Assembly: GCA_001655205.1 (NCBI GenBank)
Contig: LPNZ01009289.1
Span: 1 to 38,597 of the forward strand
DNA from: Lenisia limosa
Taxonomy: Eukaryota > Protista > Breviatea
Direction: 5' to 3'
Length of the DNA stretch: 38,597 nucleotides
A program made the translations under genes and the position numbers. This document shows, in pieces, positions 33,901 through 38,597 of the stretch. The stretch's first letter is position 1. Every line of letters starts with the position of its first letter. The notes beneath the pieces are model-generated. The model was given only the letters and a program-made list of their open reading frames with translations. It ran no database searches and was not told the origin of the DNA.

Positions 33901-36900
33901 ATGTTGCCCGGCTTTGTGATGTAGGAAATTCAAAGACTAAACAAGTGTAAGCGCTGATCTTTGCTAAGTATTTTAGAAGTTCTTCTCACATGTTGGTCCG
34001 CGAGTTATTCAACCTTGAACAAACCGTCATTTCATTGAAGGTAACTGGTAACATCTGATAAAAAAAATCATTCAAGTTCCAAATAATTGACCAGTCATAA
34101 ATACCTTTGATCAAAAATCCGATCACATAGCCTGACAAACCCACCGCTACTCTTCAAATTGACATATCAATGGGATCCTTGGCATTTGTTCTCTTATAAA
34201 CAATAGTCAGCAATATTATACCATTGTTCTCCAAACATATCCTGTTAAGCAAAATGCCAAGATTCAACTTTCTCTATTGTTAATCCATTGTGTGTACCAT
34301 ATATTTGCGCCATAACCCCAATTACTTATTATTTAGAGTACTGTTGAGTCATTTAATCTGTACATTCCACAAGAAGTAGTGACAAACATACATTGGGAAT
34401 CTTCAGTATCAACAGTATGTTAGGACTAAGAGACTTTGATATCACAGTTACCAAATATTAGTCAACTCACTCTTTCTAGGTGTGTATGTCACCTAATTTT
34501 ACTTCGTTTGTGGGTTCCACATGTCAAGATTATATCGGTTTAATAATATTGATGAAAACACGATATAACGATGTGCTGGATTATTTATCCCACTTTACCT
34601 GACTATGCTACGTTTTAGTGCTTTCTTTGCAATGATAAATAATATATTCCAAATAGTGAATATTAAACCGGTTTTTCATTGTTCAGGATTATGTTTATTC
34701 GATTTTCGCCATTATTGCAGCTTGTTCAAGGTACAGTCACCGTGCTTCTCTCCTTTCAAAACCGAAATGTTATTACAAATGCAGAATCGGCCTTAAACGT
34801 CGTGACCATTTTGGGCGAATACATTAGCTCTCTAGCGGCAATTATCACAGAACATTTTGGCGTTGTTGCTGAGTTGGCGGATTTAGTGTTATTTAGTACA
34901 CTCCATGTGATGCCCATTGTTACTATTATCCAGGATGTCATATTACTATGTTTTAATACATAACAACTATCTAGGTTTACTGGAGTCACACTTCTCTGTC
35001 TTTTCGGTTGTGCCTGTCCAGATCGTTTGCATGCGGAACACTCTTGCATGGCGGCTTTGGATATTTTGGTGTACTTCAACCGATTCAGAGACAGGTTGAC
35101 AGTTAGCCAGAATTATGTTGTTCTCACTTTAGACATGGTATAGGAACCGCATCACCATAACCCCTTCAATTGGAATCTGTACTGGAAGAGTCTTATTGGG
35201 TAACGTAGGTATGTTCGGGCGAAGTCGTGAGAGGTAAACCCTTATCATAAACCCTTTTTGACTTATGAAACAATCTTTTGGGCTACACCCAAATCCAGGA
35301 TTATGTCATCATAGGGTCGACAACACAGTTCAAATACGGAGTTCTCGGCCGTTCCGTTAATATGGCTGCACGACTACAGAGCCTCTGCCAGTTGTATCAT
35401 GTCGGTTGGACATTCAAATTAGTTGCTACTACCATATGTCTCGTATAAAAAAGCTGTGTCATCTTTTTCAAGTAATTTGCAACTGACCTATTCCCCGTTG
35501 ACTCAAGCGCAGGTTTCAGTAGTCATCTCTCAGACAACATACTTCCAAATTGGGCATGCATATGTCTGTCGGTAGGCTTTTCAACCCGTCCTGTCATTTG
35601 GTGCAATGATTCTTTGATTCAAAACTCATGTCAACACCCCCTGCAGGTGTTTGGACGTGGTCAAGGTGGCGGGAAGTCTCACACCCACACTCATATACCA
35701 GCTCATTGCTGGACCGCCAAGACCTAATATCTCGGTCGAGGTTCGAGGGAGGGTCTTGTTTTGACAGTTACTAGCTCAAAGTATTGATGATTGAAGAGCG
35801 GGCTGCCTGCCCTTGGGAGGCTATTTTACAATGAAGATCATGATCATGTATTCCTCCTTCCATTACTGCAACAGTTGAATTAACATTTCAAAATTTTTCT
35901 ACACCCAGCTTTCTCGTGTCTTATTATTTCTAGGAAGTAGACATTTTTCAACTGCTTGTTGATCAGGTGGAGTTAATNNNNNNNNNNNNNNNNNNGACAT
36001 TTTTCAACTGCTTGTTGATCAGGTGGAGTTAATACACCGAATACTTCTTGTTGGGGGGGGGGGGTCGCTTATCGAATTCAGCAAATGCTATGGTTAAATC
36101 TTGACCACATTTGGGGTAAAGTTTAATCCATGTTAGAATGTAGCATTGATCTAATCCCCCAGGTATTTTGGGGCAAAGAAAGCGGGGATGTCACGTCAAT
36201 GATCGGTGAATACATCGAGATTTACGGCCGTGTAAGGGGGGCATATTTACAAACTATTACCTTTGATCTCGGATTTGTTTTGAAAAAAAAAAAACATCAC
36301 TATGACATATCAAGGATGCCCCATTGCAGCTGCTCCTTCATAGGGTTAGTAATGAGATGGTTATCAGGGAATGTTGTAAGTGATGTGGGGGACTGTGTAA
36401 TCTATATTTGTATTATTTTTGTATCAATGAAAATCCAGAATGAAATTGGGGGAAACAGATTTATTGATAGATAAGTTAAAAGAAAAGAGCCTCAGAGATC
36501 ACAAAAATCGAAACGGCCGTGCCTTACTTTGGGAGAGGGGGGGGGGGNNNNNNNNNNNNNNNNNNNNNNNNNNNNNNNNNNNNNNNNNNNNNNNNNNNNN
36601 NNNNNNNNNNNNNNNNNNNNNNNNNNNNNNNNNNNNNNNNNNNNNNNNNNNNNNNNNNNGAGGTGTAAGAACGATACGATTACGCGTCAAGTGAGGCTCA
36701 ACACAGAGCAAATGTTCAACTGCTTGGTATGTTACCGTTGACAAATGCCATTCTAAGGAAAGCGATACTCTCTCCGATTAGAATTTCTCAACGCCTGTAC
36801 TTTCCCATATACATCAATAAAATAAATAAACGAGAAAGATCAAGCACAATAAATTGGAAAAGTGAAACAAAATATCCCGCGATTGAAATAGAATTGCATA

Positions 36901-38597
36901 GAATGATGAATATTAAAGGAATAAGGTGTACTCAAGGCCATTGCCAGTCAAATCAACGACAACGAGTCTCACCGTTTTCGGCTCGTATTCTACCTCCACG
37001 TCCTTTTGTATTCTGGACTCTTGGCCCTCCAGCATGACCGTGAGAATCGGTCCGCCGTCCTCCTCCACCGCAGACTATAATGGTCAGAAATGCCTTACAA
37101 AAGGACCCGAATCGAGAAAATCAAACTAAGAAAAGGAACAGCAAAATGGGATTATTCATCACCAGATTCTCAAGGATTGGAATGCAGAATTTAAACCCTT
37201 TGTTTTTCCACCCCCCCCCCCACGCTNNNNNNNNNNNNNNNNNNNNNNNNNNNNNNNNNNNNNNNNNNNNNNNNNNNNNNNNNNNNNNNNNNNNNNNNNG
37301 AATAGGGTGGCAAGCCTGTCTGTTGGATCTGAAAAGTCAGACCAAAATTTTGGATATTGGGCAGAAAATAATAACAACATCAATATGGGTCACAGTTTTA
37401 ATATATACACATGTATGAGACATACACCTTATGGTGATAACTCCCCACAAACCCGAACAGAAGCCTCGAGGAACTTTCCCACAGAGGGAGGCAGATGTTT
37501 GAACACTGAATCCCACCATCTACGCAGGTATGAGCTCAGGAGTAACAATTAGCGAAGAAGTAAGCGAGGGAAATTCTAAATTGAATTCCCAAGACAGAAG
37601 CAAACAGAAATACACATTCTCACATTATCAAAACTGCTAAAAAAAAATAATAATGGGTANNNNNNNNNNNNNNNNNNNNNNNNNNNNNNNNNNNNNNNNN
37701 NNNNNNNNNNNNNNNNNNNNNNNNNNNNNNNNNNNNNNNNNNNNNNNNNNNNNNNNNNNNNNNNNNNNACCATCGGAGGGGCCGCACAATATGGGCGACA
37801 ATGAGCTGCGGAGTAAGTTGAATGTTAGAACAGCATTGGCTCAAGGGAATCTCCAATATTTAGTGAGCAAATTCCTAGTATACATTGTGGTTAGGGCTTC
37901 ACTTCGGTTCAAAAAAGACCGGGAAAATATCGATAGTTTTTGACGATTTATCGATAAATTCCGTCTTTTTTCGAACCGAAGTGAAGCTCTAATTGTGGTA
38001 GTATGTGAAGTATTTCTTGGATGTATAACCCAACACTGCCACATTTCACCCCCCCCCCCNNNNNNNNNNNNNNNNNNNNNNNNNNNNNNNNNNNNNNNNN
38101 NNNNNNNNNNNNNNNNNNNNNNNNNNNNNNNNNNNNNNNNNNNNNNNNNNNNNNNNNNNNNNNNNNNNNNNNNNNNNNNNNNTGCATCCACGGGGAGCAG
38201 TATCGGGCGGTTCGACCACGGAAGGGCTAAACGGTGGTTATGAAGTGTGGAGAATTCTATGTTGACCAGTCTGAATCATATTTCTCGGTCGAGACTTATC
38301 AAGGCCTGTGTATACATGTACAGTTGCGAATCATTCAAAATTAAAAATTTTATCATATGCATGAAGCATTACAAGGAAGGCTTGCCACTAATTTGTGATA
38401 GACCAGGTAAGGTAGAAACTATCGACTACTACGGGAAGCCCTCGTGAAAGCATAACCCATCTCACTTTGAAAGCGTTGCCTCCTTTGCAATCTGATAATC
38501 GGAAACTACAAGCGTCAGGATACGTTCTTTCATCTTGGCACATTTTGCCAACAGAGTTAGCATGTATCATACTTCTGTGCACCCCCCCCCCCCCACC
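27970..38597 (-). CDS. Long unidentified multi-exon gene or genes, convergent with the nuclease-helicase and continuing past the right edge
   Basis: Candidate last exon 28068-27970 reads EVEDLEEVWAMLTKSHQILRTSKHSIVYKQAD*. Many AG/GT-bounded blocks lie upstream: DEAVIYQLITGPPNCE, RLDLSFETHLWVFDKRNWSVGPKYPTYRVTEFIE, LSECLLMISG...KDIDFLRSVL, VYLSRLRPNIPTLPNKTLPVQIPIEG, SAVEEDGGPILTVMLEGQESRIQKDVEVEYEPKT. No continuous model could be built; six gaps. Confidence 0.5.
32973..33011. repeat. GGTGCTTTTT-core minisatellite (19-bp period) running into a gap
   Basis: GGTGCTTTTTGCAGAAATC-GGTGCTTTTTTGGAGTATC-G followed by Ns. Confidence 0.75.

Larger units (their letters stand above)
1315..38182. other. 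Thirteen assembly gaps (N runs)
   Basis: Approximately 1315-1370, 3460-3555, 4264-4337, 10917-10972, 12327-12464, 12634-12781, 26915-27007, 33012-33229, 35978-35995, 36548-36659, 37227-37299, 37660-37768 and 38060-38182. Many directly follow G/C or A homopolymers or minisatellites. Confidence 0.97.

Noticed and set aside
35940-36033. 38-bp direct repeat on both sides of an 18-N gap
   Set aside because: Identical sequence flanking a gap is typical of unmerged overlapping contig ends, so it is probably a scaffolding artefact.
1-38597. Alternative genetic code or stop-codon readthrough
   Set aside because: Apparent in-frame stops (for example near 23280-23337) disappeared once correct GT-AG junctions were used, and the long gene models close under the standard code.

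Overview
Draft-assembly window (13 N gaps) from a compact, very intron-rich eukaryote. Exons are mostly 30-150 nt and introns run from about 34 nt upward (GT-AG, standard code), so the six-frame ORF track captures only exon fragments. All gene models below were spliced by hand. The organism cannot be identified from this window. Left to right: the 5' end of an NSUN2/NCL1-type tRNA m5C methyltransferase (-), three or four small or unidentified multi-exon genes, and a large (-) gene whose C-terminal tail resembles the MST/Hippo linker plus a SARAH-like helix but has no visible kinase domain. Head-to-head with that gene is the main feature: a roughly 45-exon, roughly 1,300-aa (+) gene at 16471-27462. 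It fuses an N-terminal Cas4/AddB/Dna2-type PD-(D/E)XK nuclease (catalytic motifs intact, 4-Cys Fe-S staple) to a complete UPF1-like SF1B helicase through a long unassigned middle region. It does not look like canonical Dna2 and is closer in layout to prokaryotic TM0106-type nuclease-helicases (inference). A long unidentified (-) gene or genes fills the right end. Non-coding observations: several 21-40 bp tandem duplications that copy splice sites, a 131-bp hairpin MITE-like element, and a 46-nt copy of the neighbouring gene's stop-codon region inside a helicase intron. No RNA genes, CRISPR arrays or autonomous transposons were seen.
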